A DNA stretch of 64,000 nucleotides, taken from contig CBDUKH010000001.1 of NCBI GenBank assembly GCA_965367755.1, positions 1 through 64,000 on the forward strand, read 5' to 3'. Positions within the stretch are counted from its first letter, which is position 1. The number at the start of each line of letters is the position of its first letter. Below the pieces are notes generated by a model. That model was given only the letters and a program-made list of their open reading frames with translations, did not search any database and was not told the DNA's origin. Of this stretch, positions 50,134 through 59,926 are shown one piece after another. The DNA comes from an uncultured Rhodothermales bacterium (lineage in GTDB: Bacteria > Bacteroidota > Rhodothermia > Rhodothermales > JABDKH01). A program made the position numbers and the translations under genes.

Positions 50134-51825
50134 CTACATTCGCTCCGGTGCACTGATTCCGAGAACAGCCAATCCATTCTGTAGAACTATTCGCGTTGCT
50201 GATGCTAACTTCAACCTGGCCACGGCAATACTTTCGCCTTCACCAATGATCCGGCACTTGCCATAAAAATCGGTGAATGCTACAGCTACTTCCCTCAGAT
50301 ATGTCGCTACTTTGTGTGGTTCGAGCGACTCCGCGACATCTTCGATTACCGCCGGGAATCGGGCAATCGACTTGATAAGACTTATCTCTGCTTCGTGCTC
50401 TAACAAGGATAAATCCGCTTCCTCGTCATACGATATTTCAAGCTCATCCGCCTTCCGAAGAATCGAACAAATTCGGGCATGTGCATACTGAAGATAGAAG
50501 ACAGGATTCTTGTCGCTGGCTTCCCGCGCCAGGTCCAGGTCGAATTCCAGATGCGTGTTTGGCGATCTCATCAGGAAGAAAAATCGGACCACATCCGCAC
50601 CGACCTCAGCAACAAGATCGTCCAACGTTTCATAGGTTGCTTTCCTCGTACTCATCTTGACAGGTTTACCACTTCGCACGAGAGTCACAAATTGATAAAT
50701 GACAACCTCGATGCGAGATGAATCGTAACCCAATACCTCAACGCCAGTAAGGACATCGGGGTATGTCGCAATATGATCGGCACCGAAGATATCTATGATA
50801 CGGTCGAAGGATCTCTCCAACTTATTCACGTGATAGGCAATGTCGGGTAATCGATATGTTGGTTCTCCTGAGCTTTTGACAAGGACCGTATCTTTCTCCT
50901 TCCCGAATTCAGTCGTCTTGAACCAAACCGCGCCCTCGCTATCGTAGGCGAGTCCCTTCTCTCGCATCCTGTCAACTACATCCCATACGCTACCGGAATC
51001 GTAAAGAGACCTCTCGTTGAAGTAAGTATCCTGCTTGATCCCAATCGTGGCAAGCGATTGTTCTATCTCAGCGAAAATTGCGGATTCGGCCACCTCTTTG
51101 AAAAACTCGTCGGCAGCGTCATCTTTCTTTGAATCGCCATGCGTGTCATAGACCGATTGAGCGATGTCGGTTATATATTCTCCCAGATAACCGTCTTCGG
51201 GGAAATCTTCCGGCACCCAAACTCTACTTCCGCCTCCTTCGACTTCCTTGACTCCAAGGCTCGAATCCAACATAGCGCGATAACGAGACTTGACGGATTC
51301 ACCCAGTACCCGCATCTGCCTGCCGGCATCATTAAAGTAGTATTCGCGCGACACCGTGTAGCCTGCCCAATCCAGTATGTTGGCGATGGTATCTCCGAGC
51401 ACAGCGTTTCGACCGTGACCTACTGTCAGGGGGCCGGTCGGGTTGGCACTCACATATTCTACCAGAGCAGTTTTTGGAGATGCCAGTCTTCGCCGACCGA
51501 AAGATCCTCCATCTTCAACAATCATCTTCAGGACGCTCCGCCAGTACCCGTTGGAAATCCGAAAATTAATGAAGCCTGCACCGGCTACCTCAGCCGACTC
51601 CACTATTGAATCGTCAAGTACGGTCGCAAGCGCCAGTACTATATCATCTGCAATAGCTCGCGGGGATTTCCGTAGATGACGGGCTAACTGAAGTGCCGCG
51701 TTGGTGGACCAATCCCCATGATCAGGATTATTTGGCACATCCAACTCTGGGGTAAAATCATCCGGGACCCCCTCGAAGGACGCCAATGCTGCCTTGATAC
51801 TGCTTTGTAAATAATCCGTTACCAC
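50134..51825 (-). CDS. argS: arginine--tRNA ligase
   Basis: ArgS N-terminal add-on domain, class-I catalytic core (SANPTGPLTVGHGRN HIGH-like), and a C-terminal DALR domain. The ORF extends to 51972, but the ArgS-like N-terminus begins near a GTG at 51825. The start is uncertain. Confidence 0.8.
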   Translation of the reverse strand: MVTDYLQSSIKAALASFEGVPDDFTPELDVPNNPDHGDWSTNAALQLARHLRKSPRAIADDIVLALATVLDDSIVESAEVAGAGFINFRISNGYWRSVLKMIVEDGGSFGRRRLASPKTALVEYVSANPTGPLTVGHGRNAVLGDTIANILDWAGYTVSREYYFNDAGRQMRVLGESVKSRYRAMLDSSLGVKEVEGGGSRVWVPEDFPEDGYLGEYITDIAQSVYDTHGDSKKDDAADEFFKEVAESAIFAEIEQSLATIGIKQDTYFNERSLYDSGSVWDVVDRMREKGLAYDSEGAVWFKTTEFGKEKDTVLVKSSGEPTYRLPDIAYHVNKLERSFDRIIDIFGADHIATYPDVLTGVEVLGYDSSRIEVVIYQFVTLVRSGKPVKMSTRKATYETLDDLVAEVGADVVRFFFLMRSPNTHLEFDLDLAREASDKNPVFYLQYAHARICSILRKADELEISYDEEADLSLLEHEAEISLIKSIARFPAVIEDVAESLEPHKVATYLREVAVAFTDFYGKCRIIGEGESIAVARLKLASATRIVLQNGLAVLGISAPERM

Positions 51826-51977
51826 CAGGTCTTTTTCTCGTTTTTTCTCAGGAACTCCAGAATACAAAAAAAGCCTGTCTGCGATGGTCACGCATATCCG
51901 AATGCAGTAAATCTTTATGTCACCAGAGCAGAATGCAAAGCCGTTGTTAGTGCGACTGACGCCGTATGGCATGAAAC

Positions 51978-52724
51978 GTGCGCCGTAAGGATCTATGCTT
52001 ATGTACCGAAACGGTGACTACAATGGCTATACTGTTTATTATCATGCTACTGGCATGGGCCGTTCTGGCGTTTGCGCCATCTTATATCGAGCGTGCTGTA
52101 GCTCAAAAACTGCCGCCAGAGGAAAATCTTTTCGTCAGGAAGTTTCCCTTCCTGGTCCCCACATTTTCCGATTTTGAGCTGACCAAGTCCGGCGTATCTT
52201 CGGCCCGTCCATTTGCGCTTGATCAAAACCTGGAGCAACAGCAAACTCCTAACCATAGCCATGGATCGATTCGACATATCACGTTTATGCCGCCGGAGCT
52301 AAGTATCACGGACGCCGTCTCTCGACCAGGAGAATTGACAATTTTGGATCGGGACTTCGTCCTCAAGCAGGGTCGTCACTTTGCTGGAAATATCTCCGTC
52401 AACGGATCAGTGCGGATTGAAACAGACGCCTCGTTTTCCGGAAACATTACCTGCTCAGGTCATGTCGTCGTCAGTCAATCTGCCGCAGTAGATGGAGATA
52501 TCGATTGCAAAGAAGATATCAGGATAGAAGCCCATGCAAGGGTTAATGGGTCCCTCACAACAGACGGTAACGTCTGGATCTATGAGAACGCGAAGATCGG
52601 GGAAACCGATGCGCCATCAAATATTCGTGCACTTGAGGTCGTCGTCGCTCCTAACTCTCGGGTCCATGGGTCGATCTGGGCGCGCCGTAATGGCATTCGG
52701 ATGACTCGAACTCGCGCCGCCTAG
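51978..52724 (+). CDS. bactofilin-family polymer-forming cytoskeletal protein with an N-terminal membrane anchor
   Basis: One N-terminal transmembrane helix followed by a repetitive beta-helix pattern (GNISVNGSVRIETDASFSGNITCSGHVVVSQSAAVDGDIDC...NGSLTTDGNVWI) typical of DUF583/bactofilin. The start could be the internal Met at 52023. Confidence 0.6.
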   Translation: MRRKDLCLCTETVTTMAILFIIMLLAWAVLAFAPSYIERAVAQKLPPEENLFVRKFPFLVPTFSDFELTKSGVSSARPFALDQNLEQQQTPNHSHGSIRHITFMPPELSITDAVSRPGELTILDRDFVLKQGRHFAGNISVNGSVRIETDASFSGNITCSGHVVVSQSAAVDGDIDCKEDIRIEAHARVNGSLTTDGNVWIYENAKIGETDAPSNIRALEVVVAPNSRVHGSIWARRNGIRMTRTRAA

Positions 52725-52757
52725 TCAGCATCCATCGAGAACCAGTACCTGAACGAG

Positions 52758-52797
52758 TTGACAAAACATTATACTTGCATTATATTTGAGTACTCAA
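52758..52797 (+). promoter_or_regulatory. putative promoter/operator of the marR gene
   Basis: TTGACA (52758) - 17 bp - TATATT (52781). The -10 is extended to TATATTTG, the FCB-type -7 motif. It overlaps a perfect 12-bp palindrome TTGAGTACTCAA (52786..52797). CAAGTATAAA direct repeats sit at 52806 and 52824. Confidence 0.5.
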
Positions 52798-52833
52798 TGA
52801 TTATTCAAGTATAAATGTATTTCCAAGTATAAA

Positions 52834-53253
52834 ATGCCTTCTCCAACAAAAATAGAAATGGTACTGAAGCTTCACGGCATGCAGTCACAGCTTCACAAGA
52901 GATTGGATCACGCCTTGATGGTACATGGCATAAGTTTCACCGAATTCATGGTCATGTACCATCTAAACAACTCGGCCAGCAGCAACATGCGTCGAATCGA
53001 TCTGGCTGACAGTGTAGGCTTGAGTGCATCGGGTGTGACGAGACTCCTCAATCCGATGCAGAAAATCGGCCTCGTCGACAAAGAGGAAAGCGCTCGCGAT
53101 GCCCGAGTAAGCCTCGTGAAGCTGACACGCTCCGGAAAGAACATCTTTAAAGATGCGCAGCAATCAATTAACCAATTTGCTGAGTCATTTCTTGAGCCAC
53201 TCGATGCGAAACGGCTGACAGAACTCGCAAACATTGTAGAGGACTTGCTTTGA
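52834..53253 (+). CDS. MarR-family transcriptional regulator
   Basis: 139 aa with a winged-HTH region RIDLADSVGLSASGVTRLLNPMQKIGLVDKEES...RVSLVKLTRSG. Confidence 0.85.
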   Translation: MPSPTKIEMVLKLHGMQSQLHKRLDHALMVHGISFTEFMVMYHLNNSASSNMRRIDLADSVGLSASGVTRLLNPMQKIGLVDKEESARDARVSLVKLTRSGKNIFKDAQQSINQFAESFLEPLDAKRLTELANIVEDLL

Positions 53254-53304
53254 AGTTACATGCCAATTGTATCCCGGCACAGCCGGCCCGCCATTGGCTA
53301 ATTA

Positions 53305-54564
53305 CTAATAACCATAAATCGAAAGATCGTCCTTTTTCATATGCAGCGAAAGCAGTATCGCGAGCATAGCTGTCTGCGCAAGCAGCGCCGACCCTCCATA
53401 AGAGATGAAAGGAAGTGGAATCCCGATAACTGGAAGCAGCCCGGTGGCCATCCCGATGTTTACAAAGATGTGAATCAAGTAAACACCGACGGTCCCGGCT
53501 GCGACCATAAGTCCGAACGGATGCTTCATCTGTACACCAAGCGATATCAGTCTGAGAAGCAAGACCGTAAACAAGATGAGCACAACCATTGAACCAATAA
53601 ATCCAAATTCTTCACCTATCACGGAAAAGACAAAGTCCGTCGATTGTTCAGGCACGTAGGCACCCTGCGTCTGGGTACCTTCCATAAATCCTTTGCCGAG
53701 GAGTCCGCCACTGCCAATGGCAGCTTTAGATTGAACCAGGTGAAATCCGACGTTGTCTCGAAATTCCTCAGCCTCCGGGTTGGTAAACGACAGGAGCCTG
53801 GCGACCTGATGAGGTTGCAGAAGCTTGTTGAGCGCCAGCGTAATGACAAGCGTTGTACCCGCAGTTAACATCGCCGCGAGGGTTGCCATTCGATACTCCT
53901 TCGTCTGCACATAGACGAACCCTGTCAACACGACAGCGAACACGAGTCCAGCGGGGAGAAAAATGATCGACAGATAGCCGGCAATGGCGGGTGAGACGAT
54001 CAGTATCAGATTCATGAGTGGCAATCCACTCCAGAACAACATGATCGGAACGAGGGCAAAGAATACTAGTGCCGTCCCCGTGTCGTTTTGGAGAACAATC
54101 AGTATTCCGGGAATAGTGATGACGAGAGCAGTTAGAAATGCATATCGTACCGTATCAATCCTCGCCCGTTTGGCAGAAAGCAGCTGAGCTACAGCCAGGA
54201 TGGTGCCCACCTTGGCCAGTTCCGAGACTTGTAGCTGAGCGGGGCCGATTCGGATCCATGATTTAGCTCCATTGATCTCGGTCCCAAAAAGCAGAGCGGC
54301 GACGAGCATCAAGAGGGTGACGATGTATACTGGCCAAGCCGCTGTCTGAAAAAATCGTACTGGCAGAAGCATGGCGAAGATTAGACCCGCGGTGCATATC
54401 AGCGCCCAGACAAACTGCCGGATGAAGTTGGACCGTACGCTTTCGAGCAAGTATTCAGATGCCGGACCGTTGGTCGTGGAGTATATGGCCACGAGTCCGG
54501 TGCCGACCAGAGCCATCCAAACGAGAATGACATCGATACTTAGATTCCTGTACCAGACCCTCAT
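53305..54564 (-). CDS. rodA: SEDS-family peptidoglycan glycosyltransferase RodA (paired with PBP2)
   Basis: 419 aa, ~10 transmembrane segments, FtsW/RodA-family loop motifs. It shares 4 bp with the PBP2 gene. Confidence 0.85.
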   Translation of the reverse strand: MRVWYRNLSIDVILVWMALVGTGLVAIYSTTNGPASEYLLESVRSNFIRQFVWALICTAGLIFAMLLPVRFFQTAAWPVYIVTLLMLVAALLFGTEINGAKSWIRIGPAQLQVSELAKVGTILAVAQLLSAKRARIDTVRYAFLTALVITIPGILIVLQNDTGTALVFFALVPIMLFWSGLPLMNLILIVSPAIAGYLSIIFLPAGLVFAVVLTGFVYVQTKEYRMATLAAMLTAGTTLVITLALNKLLQPHQVARLLSFTNPEAEEFRDNVGFHLVQSKAAIGSGGLLGKGFMEGTQTQGAYVPEQSTDFVFSVIGEEFGFIGSMVVLILFTVLLLRLISLGVQMKHPFGLMVAAGTVGVYLIHIFVNIGMATGLLPVIGIPLPFISYGGSALLAQTAMLAILLSLHMKKDDLSIYGY

Positions 54565-56390
54565 TGATTCTCGTCGAGTGGCTGGCTCTGTAGTGTCATG
54601 ACCTGGGTTTTTCGCCAGTTACCTGTCGCCGTGAGTTTCCGGTTGAGATAGTACTCTGCAACTACGCTGGCAATTGGAGCAGCTTGCGTTGCTCCGAACC
54701 CACCATTTTCGACCATGACGGATAGTGCGATTTGAGGATTATCAAATGGAGCGAACATGACGAACAAGGAATGGTCGTCCCTGTCGCCTGGTGCCTGTGC
54801 CGTTCCTGTCTTGCCGCCACTGTCGATCCCGGGGATCTGAGCCCATCGGCCGCTCCCATTCTCCATTACCATCTTCATTCCGTCTCGCACGATTTCGAAG
54901 TTGCTGCGATCAATCGGAATTCGATGGTCATCCGCAAGGCTGAGTTCCACATGTTCTCCGGTCTCTGAATGAATGATGGAACGCACCAAATGCGGCGGCT
55001 TCATCAATCCGAAGTTTGCGACGGCAGCCGTGTATCGTGCGAGTTGAAGGGGGGTAACCAGCATATCCCCCTGCCCGATGCCGAGGTTGATAGAGTATCC
55101 CGCCGTCCACCCCCGCGGATAGACTCGATTATAGTACGCCGAATCTGGCATCAAGCCGCCATCTTGTTCGGCGATGTCCAGCGCGACGGTTCTGCCAAAT
55201 CCAAATGTTGTGCCCCAGTCGTGGAAATCGTCAACGTCGATCTGCATCATCAAATTAAAGAAGAACGAGTTGCACGACTCCTGCAGCGCGCGCTTCACGG
55301 AGATGGGTCCGTGTACTTTGCCGTTGTGATCCTTGAAGACTCGATTGCCAAGTCGATAACCACCCCGGCACCGATAAACCGTATCCTCGGTGATAAGACC
55401 TTTTTGTAATCCAACAAGTGCCATGAATGGTTTCCAGGTAGATCCCGGGGGGAATCCACTCATCGTGGCGCGGTTAAACAGTGGATCTTCTCTTGTGTTT
55501 ACCATCGCCGACCACTCATCGGCTGTCACTGGTCGAGAAAAAATTCGTGGATCAATGTCAGGCTTGCTCACGAAAGCCAGGATTTCTCCAGTGGCTGGCT
55601 CGATCGCCACCAGTGATCCCCGTTTACCTACAAACAGCGATTCGGCAAGCGCCTGTATCTCGCTGTCGAGAGTCAGGTGCAAATCATAGCCGCTTACCGG
55701 TTCCTCGTCTTCTGCCCCATCCCGATAGGATTTTACTTCTCGGCCATGAATATTAACCAGCTTGAACTCACTGCCGATCTCGCCTCGCAGATAAGGTTCA
55801 TACGTTTTTTCAATGCCGGCAATACCTACCAGATCACCCGGACGATATCCGTCGGCACGCCTTCGATCCAATTCGCGGCGGGAAATTTCTCTAACATATC
55901 CAAGCCCATGGCCCATATGCCCTTCGCTTAGATAGCGACGGCGCTGGGTAGTCTCATACGTCACACCGGGAAGCAGGTATCTATTTTCTTCGACACGGCT
56001 GATTACGTCCAACGTAACGTTGGCAAACGCGGATGACGGTTGGAATGGGCTCCATTCACGAGCATCCTGCAGCCGCGCCACTATGACCGAGTCTTCCACT
56101 CCGACAAGGTCAGCCAGTAACGAAATACGGCTCTCATCGAAATAGCGCGGGGTCAGCATGATTGTATAGGTCGGCTCGTTGTCGACCATAAGGATTCCAT
56201 TCCTGTCGTAGATTACCCCGCGAGCTGGCGCGACTCGCTTTTCGCGAACAGCATTGTTTCTGGACTCACCGGTATACTCTTTCGTATCCAGAATCTGGAG
56301 CTTCGCAAGTCGCAATCCCAGGCCGGTAACGACTAGCAGTACGATGACCACAAATAGTCTCAACCTTGGTTTGGGATCGTACAGGCTCAT
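54561..56390 (-). CDS. mrdA: penicillin-binding protein 2 (elongasome transpeptidase)
   Basis: N-terminal transmembrane helix, PBP dimerisation domain, and transpeptidase motifs STWKPF (SxxK), SCN (SxN) and KTGTA (KTG). Confidence 0.9.
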   Translation of the reverse strand: MSLYDPKPRLRLFVVIVLLVVTGLGLRLAKLQILDTKEYTGESRNNAVREKRVAPARGVIYDRNGILMVDNEPTYTIMLTPRYFDESRISLLADLVGVEDSVIVARLQDAREWSPFQPSSAFANVTLDVISRVEENRYLLPGVTYETTQRRRYLSEGHMGHGLGYVREISRRELDRRRADGYRPGDLVGIAGIEKTYEPYLRGEIGSEFKLVNIHGREVKSYRDGAEDEEPVSGYDLHLTLDSEIQALAESLFVGKRGSLVAIEPATGEILAFVSKPDIDPRIFSRPVTADEWSAMVNTREDPLFNRATMSGFPPGSTWKPFMALVGLQKGLITEDTVYRCRGGYRLGNRVFKDHNGKVHGPISVKRALQESCNSFFFNLMMQIDVDDFHDWGTTFGFGRTVALDIAEQDGGLMPDSAYYNRVYPRGWTAGYSINLGIGQGDMLVTPLQLARYTAAVANFGLMKPPHLVRSIIHSETGEHVELSLADDHRIPIDRSNFEIVRDGMKMVMENGSGRWAQIPGIDSGGKTGTAQAPGDRDDHSLFVMFAPFDNPQIALSVMVENGGFGATQAAPIASVVAEYYLNRKLTATGNWRKTQVMTLQSQPLDENQ

Positions 56391-56766
56391 GAGTATCGTG
56401 TATTAAAAGTCACAATGGATGTCGTCGGTAGAGGACAAAGACTGGCATATAGAAGAACCGGACGGGTCTGACCAGAAACCACTCTACCAGTGGGCTCCTT
56501 TATGGATCCGGTCGGCCCCGTGTTTGTTCCACTTACCAAGTACGCATGCCAATATGGTTTGTTTATTGCTGTAAATTGGAGTATCGATAGTGGGGGACAA
56601 TCCCTTAGCTCGCAACACCTTCTTGCCTGGTGAGTTCGTTTATGATCAATGGCAAGATGTGGAATCCGGCTATTTTATCAGTTATTACTGTTAGTCTCTC
56701 CATGTAGGAAACTATCGGTCTGTCCGATATTTCTGTAACCTTCACCGTAGCCAGAACCTGAAAAGT

Positions 56767-59700
56767 ATGCGCTTCGCATTTAACGGACTTCGCTTCGCTT
56801 CCATCTTTATCCTAGTGGGCCTCATGGCGATGCCCGTTTCAGCCCAGTATTTTGGCCGGAATAAAGTACAGTACGACAATTTTGACTTCTCGGTGCTGGA
56901 ATCGGAGAGATTCGACATCTACTTCTACAAAGAAGAGGAGACAGCTGTCCGCGATGCGTCCAGAATGGCAGAGCGTTGGTACCGACGTCATTCTAGAACA
57001 TATCTCCGGGAGTTCAGCGAGAAGAAGCCGATCATCTTTTACGCAAATGACGCTGACTTTCAGCAGACCAACGCCATTTCCGGTTCAATCGGTCAGGGGA
57101 CTGGAGGCGTAACGGAAAGCCTGAAAGAGAGAGTGATTATGCCCTTGACCGGTTTGTACAAAGAGACTGATCACGTTCTTGGGCATGAGCTGGTGCACTC
57201 ATTTCAGTACGACATCGGCTTGTCCAGAGAAGACTCGACCGTGTTTGCATTTCAATACGTTCCCCTGTGGCTCGTCGAAGGCACAGCGGAGTACCTGTCC
57301 GTGGGACGTGAAGACCCGCACACCGCCATGTGGTTGCGCGATGCTGCAATTCGGGATGATCTCCCTACCATGGATCAGCTGACGAAGAGTAACAAGTATT
57401 TCCCGTACCGATACGGTCAAGCTTATATGGCCTACATCGGAGGCAAATATGGCGACACTGCGGTTGCGAACATTTTCAAATTAAGTGGCAAAGTCGGCCT
57501 CGACTCTGCACTTGTCTACACCATCGGTTTGAAACCGGACTCTCTTTCCAACGAGTGGATCCAGACAATCAAGGATACCTACCTCCCGCTTGTTGAAGGC
57601 CGCGCGCCTGCAGACTCGGCCGGGCGCCTTGTGCTAAACCGCGAGCGTACCGGTGGCGATATGCATCTGTCGCCTTCTGTCAGCCCGGATGGCAAATGGG
57701 TTGCATTCCTGTCCGAGAGAGACGTGTTCAATATTAACCTGTTTATCGCCGACGCCGAAACCGGAGAAATCGTAAAACGACTCAAGGGTACAAACTCTGA
57801 CCCTCATTTCGACGCCATTCGATTTATCAACTCGGCAGGGTCATGGTCCCCGGATGGACGGCAGTTCGTATTTGTAACATTCGTGGAAGGCGATAACGAG
57901 TTATCCATCCTCGACTGGAATACGGGAGCAATCGAACGCCGCATCGCCGTCAAGGGAGTAAGCGCCCTTTCGAATCCCTCCTGGTCACCCGACGGGAAGA
58001 GCATTGTTTTCTCCGGACTTGACGGAGGTATCAGCGACCTGTATCTGCTTAACCTCGAAACCAACGCAGTGCGACAGTTAACCAACGACCGGTACGGGGA
58101 TCTTCAGCCGGCGTGGTCTCCAGATGGCAAGAAGATTGCATTCGTATCGGATCGAGGCCCAAATGGTACCAACTTCGAAACCCTCCAGTACGCGGATGTC
58201 CGCCTCGCGATTTATGATATCGAGACTGACGGTATCTCGACAATTATTCCGTTTGATCGAGGGATGAGCACGAACCCGCAGTTCTCTCCAGATGGACGGA
58301 GCATCTTCTTTGTCTCAGATCACAACGGGTTCAAAGATATCTATCGGTATTCACTGGAAGATGAGAATGTTTTCCAGGTTACTAACGTAGCGACGGGAGT
58401 AAGCGGTATCACATCGCTTTCGCCGACAATGTCGGTAGCTATGCAAAGCGGCAAAATTGTCTATTCAGTGTTCTCGGAAAACAAGTATTCTGTTTTCTCA
58501 ATGGAGCAGAACGAAGCTGCGGGAGAACCTATTGATCCGTCGGACGGGGAAGCCATAGCTGATGCACGTCTGTTACCTCCAGCATCTGCATTGTATTCGG
58601 GGCTGGTAGGCAACTACTTGACCGATCCCAACACGGGTCTGCCTGAACCAAACCTGAGTGAAGCCAAAAAGTATGGCGCTGGCCTAAAGCTTGATTATGT
58701 CGCGCCTCCTACCGTAGGTGTCAGCACTGGAGGACCTTTCGGAACTGGCGTCTCAGGTGGAGTGGGTTTCTTCTTTAGTGACATGCTTGGAAACCATAAC
58801 CTCACTGTCATCGCCCAGGCAAACGGTACGTTCAAGGATATTGGCGGCCAGGTCGCCTACATGAATCAAAAGCGCCGCCTCAACTATGGTGGAGCTGTCT
58901 CTCACATACCGTACCTGATTACCTCGACGCGATTTGGCACTGATGAGTCGGGGTTTGTTAACACGATTCAATTTATTCGTCAGAGAATCTACCTGGACCA
59001 GATAGACTTGTTGGGTTCTTATCCGTTTTCTACAACAAAGCGAGTCGATGTCACAGGCGGTTTTGTCCGGTACGGATTTAGCTACGAGTTGGAGAGCTTT
59101 TCTCAAGAGTCATTCTTTACCGAACGTGAGGTAGAAGATCTGGCTGCTCCTGACCCAGTATATTTCTTCCAGTCCGGAATAGCCTACGTAGGCGACTTTT
59201 CCAATTTTGGCTTCACGTCTCCGGTATCAGGAGGCCGCTACAGAGCATCTCTGAATCCGTTCATTGGCTCTGAGAGTTTTGTCCGCCTGGTGCTAGACTA
59301 CCGGCGATACAAGTTTGTCAAACCGGTTACGTTCGCCGCCCGCGGCTTGCACGTTGGTAACTACCTGGCAAAGGATTCTTTCACTGATATCGAAAATCGG
59401 TCGCTCTTCAGTCAGGAGTATCTCGGATATAGCAATAGCTCAACGTTTATCCGCGGCTACAGCTTTGCTTCGTTCGAGCCAGCAGAGTGCCCGTCTGCAG
59501 CGTTCTGTGCGATCGACAATCTCCTTGGCTCCCGGCTTGCACTTTTCAGCGCAGAACTTCGTGTTCCGGTCCTTGGAACGAAAGACTTCGGGTTGTTAAA
59601 CTTCCCGTATCTCCCGACCGAAATTGCGTTCTTCGGGGATGCTGGAGTCGCATGGACGAGCGACGAAAAGCCAAACCTGGAATTTCAGAGAAACCCAACC

Positions 59701-59844
59701 GAGCGATCTCCTGTAGCTTCTGCCGGCGTTTCGAGTCGCTTCAATCTGTTTGGATATACGGTTTTGGAAATCTACTACGCCTATCCGTTCCAGCGTCCTG
59801 AAAAAGGAGCACACTTCGGATTCCAGATTATTCCGGGATGGTAG
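56767..59844 (+). CDS. outer-membrane protein with N-terminal HExxH metallopeptidase-like domain, TolB-like PD40 propeller and C-terminal beta-barrel (paralog of 30196..33144)
   Basis: Signal peptide. HELVHSFQYD...LVEGTAEYL. Five or more blades with SPDGK/SPDGR motifs. The C-terminal barrel ends ...FGFQIIPGW. Confidence 0.65.
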   Translation: MRFAFNGLRFASIFILVGLMAMPVSAQYFGRNKVQYDNFDFSVLESERFDIYFYKEEETAVRDASRMAERWYRRHSRTYLREFSEKKPIIFYANDADFQQTNAISGSIGQGTGGVTESLKERVIMPLTGLYKETDHVLGHELVHSFQYDIGLSREDSTVFAFQYVPLWLVEGTAEYLSVGREDPHTAMWLRDAAIRDDLPTMDQLTKSNKYFPYRYGQAYMAYIGGKYGDTAVANIFKLSGKVGLDSALVYTIGLKPDSLSNEWIQTIKDTYLPLVEGRAPADSAGRLVLNRERTGGDMHLSPSVSPDGKWVAFLSERDVFNINLFIADAETGEIVKRLKGTNSDPHFDAIRFINSAGSWSPDGRQFVFVTFVEGDNELSILDWNTGAIERRIAVKGVSALSNPSWSPDGKSIVFSGLDGGISDLYLLNLETNAVRQLTNDRYGDLQPAWSPDGKKIAFVSDRGPNGTNFETLQYADVRLAIYDIETDGISTIIPFDRGMSTNPQFSPDGRSIFFVSDHNGFKDIYRYSLEDENVFQVTNVATGVSGITSLSPTMSVAMQSGKIVYSVFSENKYSVFSMEQNEAAGEPIDPSDGEAIADARLLPPASALYSGLVGNYLTDPNTGLPEPNLSEAKKYGAGLKLDYVAPPTVGVSTGGPFGTGVSGGVGFFFSDMLGNHNLTVIAQANGTFKDIGGQVAYMNQKRRLNYGGAVSHIPYLITSTRFGTDESGFVNTIQFIRQRIYLDQIDLLGSYPFSTTKRVDVTGGFVRYGFSYELESFSQESFFTEREVEDLAAPDPVYFFQSGIAYVGDFSNFGFTSPVSGGRYRASLNPFIGSESFVRLVLDYRRYKFVKPVTFAARGLHVGNYLAKDSFTDIENRSLFSQEYLGYSNSSTFIRGYSFASFEPAECPSAAFCAIDNLLGSRLALFSAELRVPVLGTKDFGLLNFPYLPTEIAFFGDAGVAWTSDEKPNLEFQRNPTERSPVASAGVSSRFNLFGYTVLEIYYAYPFQRPEKGAHFGFQIIPGW

Positions 59845-59865
59845 AACTACAGAATTCTGTAAGAG

Positions 59866-59903
59866 AAAAAAAGGGAGTGCCTATTCGCGCTCCCTTTTTT
59901 TTG
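59866..59903. terminator. bidirectional rho-independent terminator between convergent genes
   Basis: A-run, then GGGAGTGC-CTATTC-GCGCTCCC hairpin, then T8. Confidence 0.75.
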
Positions 59904-59926
59904 TGCTTTCCGAGTAATCGCGTGAC

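Noticed and set aside
50134-51972. Full 612-aa argS ORF with a 49-residue N-terminal extension (MPYGVSRTNNGFAFCSGDIKIYCIRICV...).
   Set aside because: The extension has no counterpart in ArgS proteins and is Cys/Ile-rich. The conserved ArgS N-terminus begins near the GTG at 51825. I therefore called the shorter gene, and the start remains uncertain.
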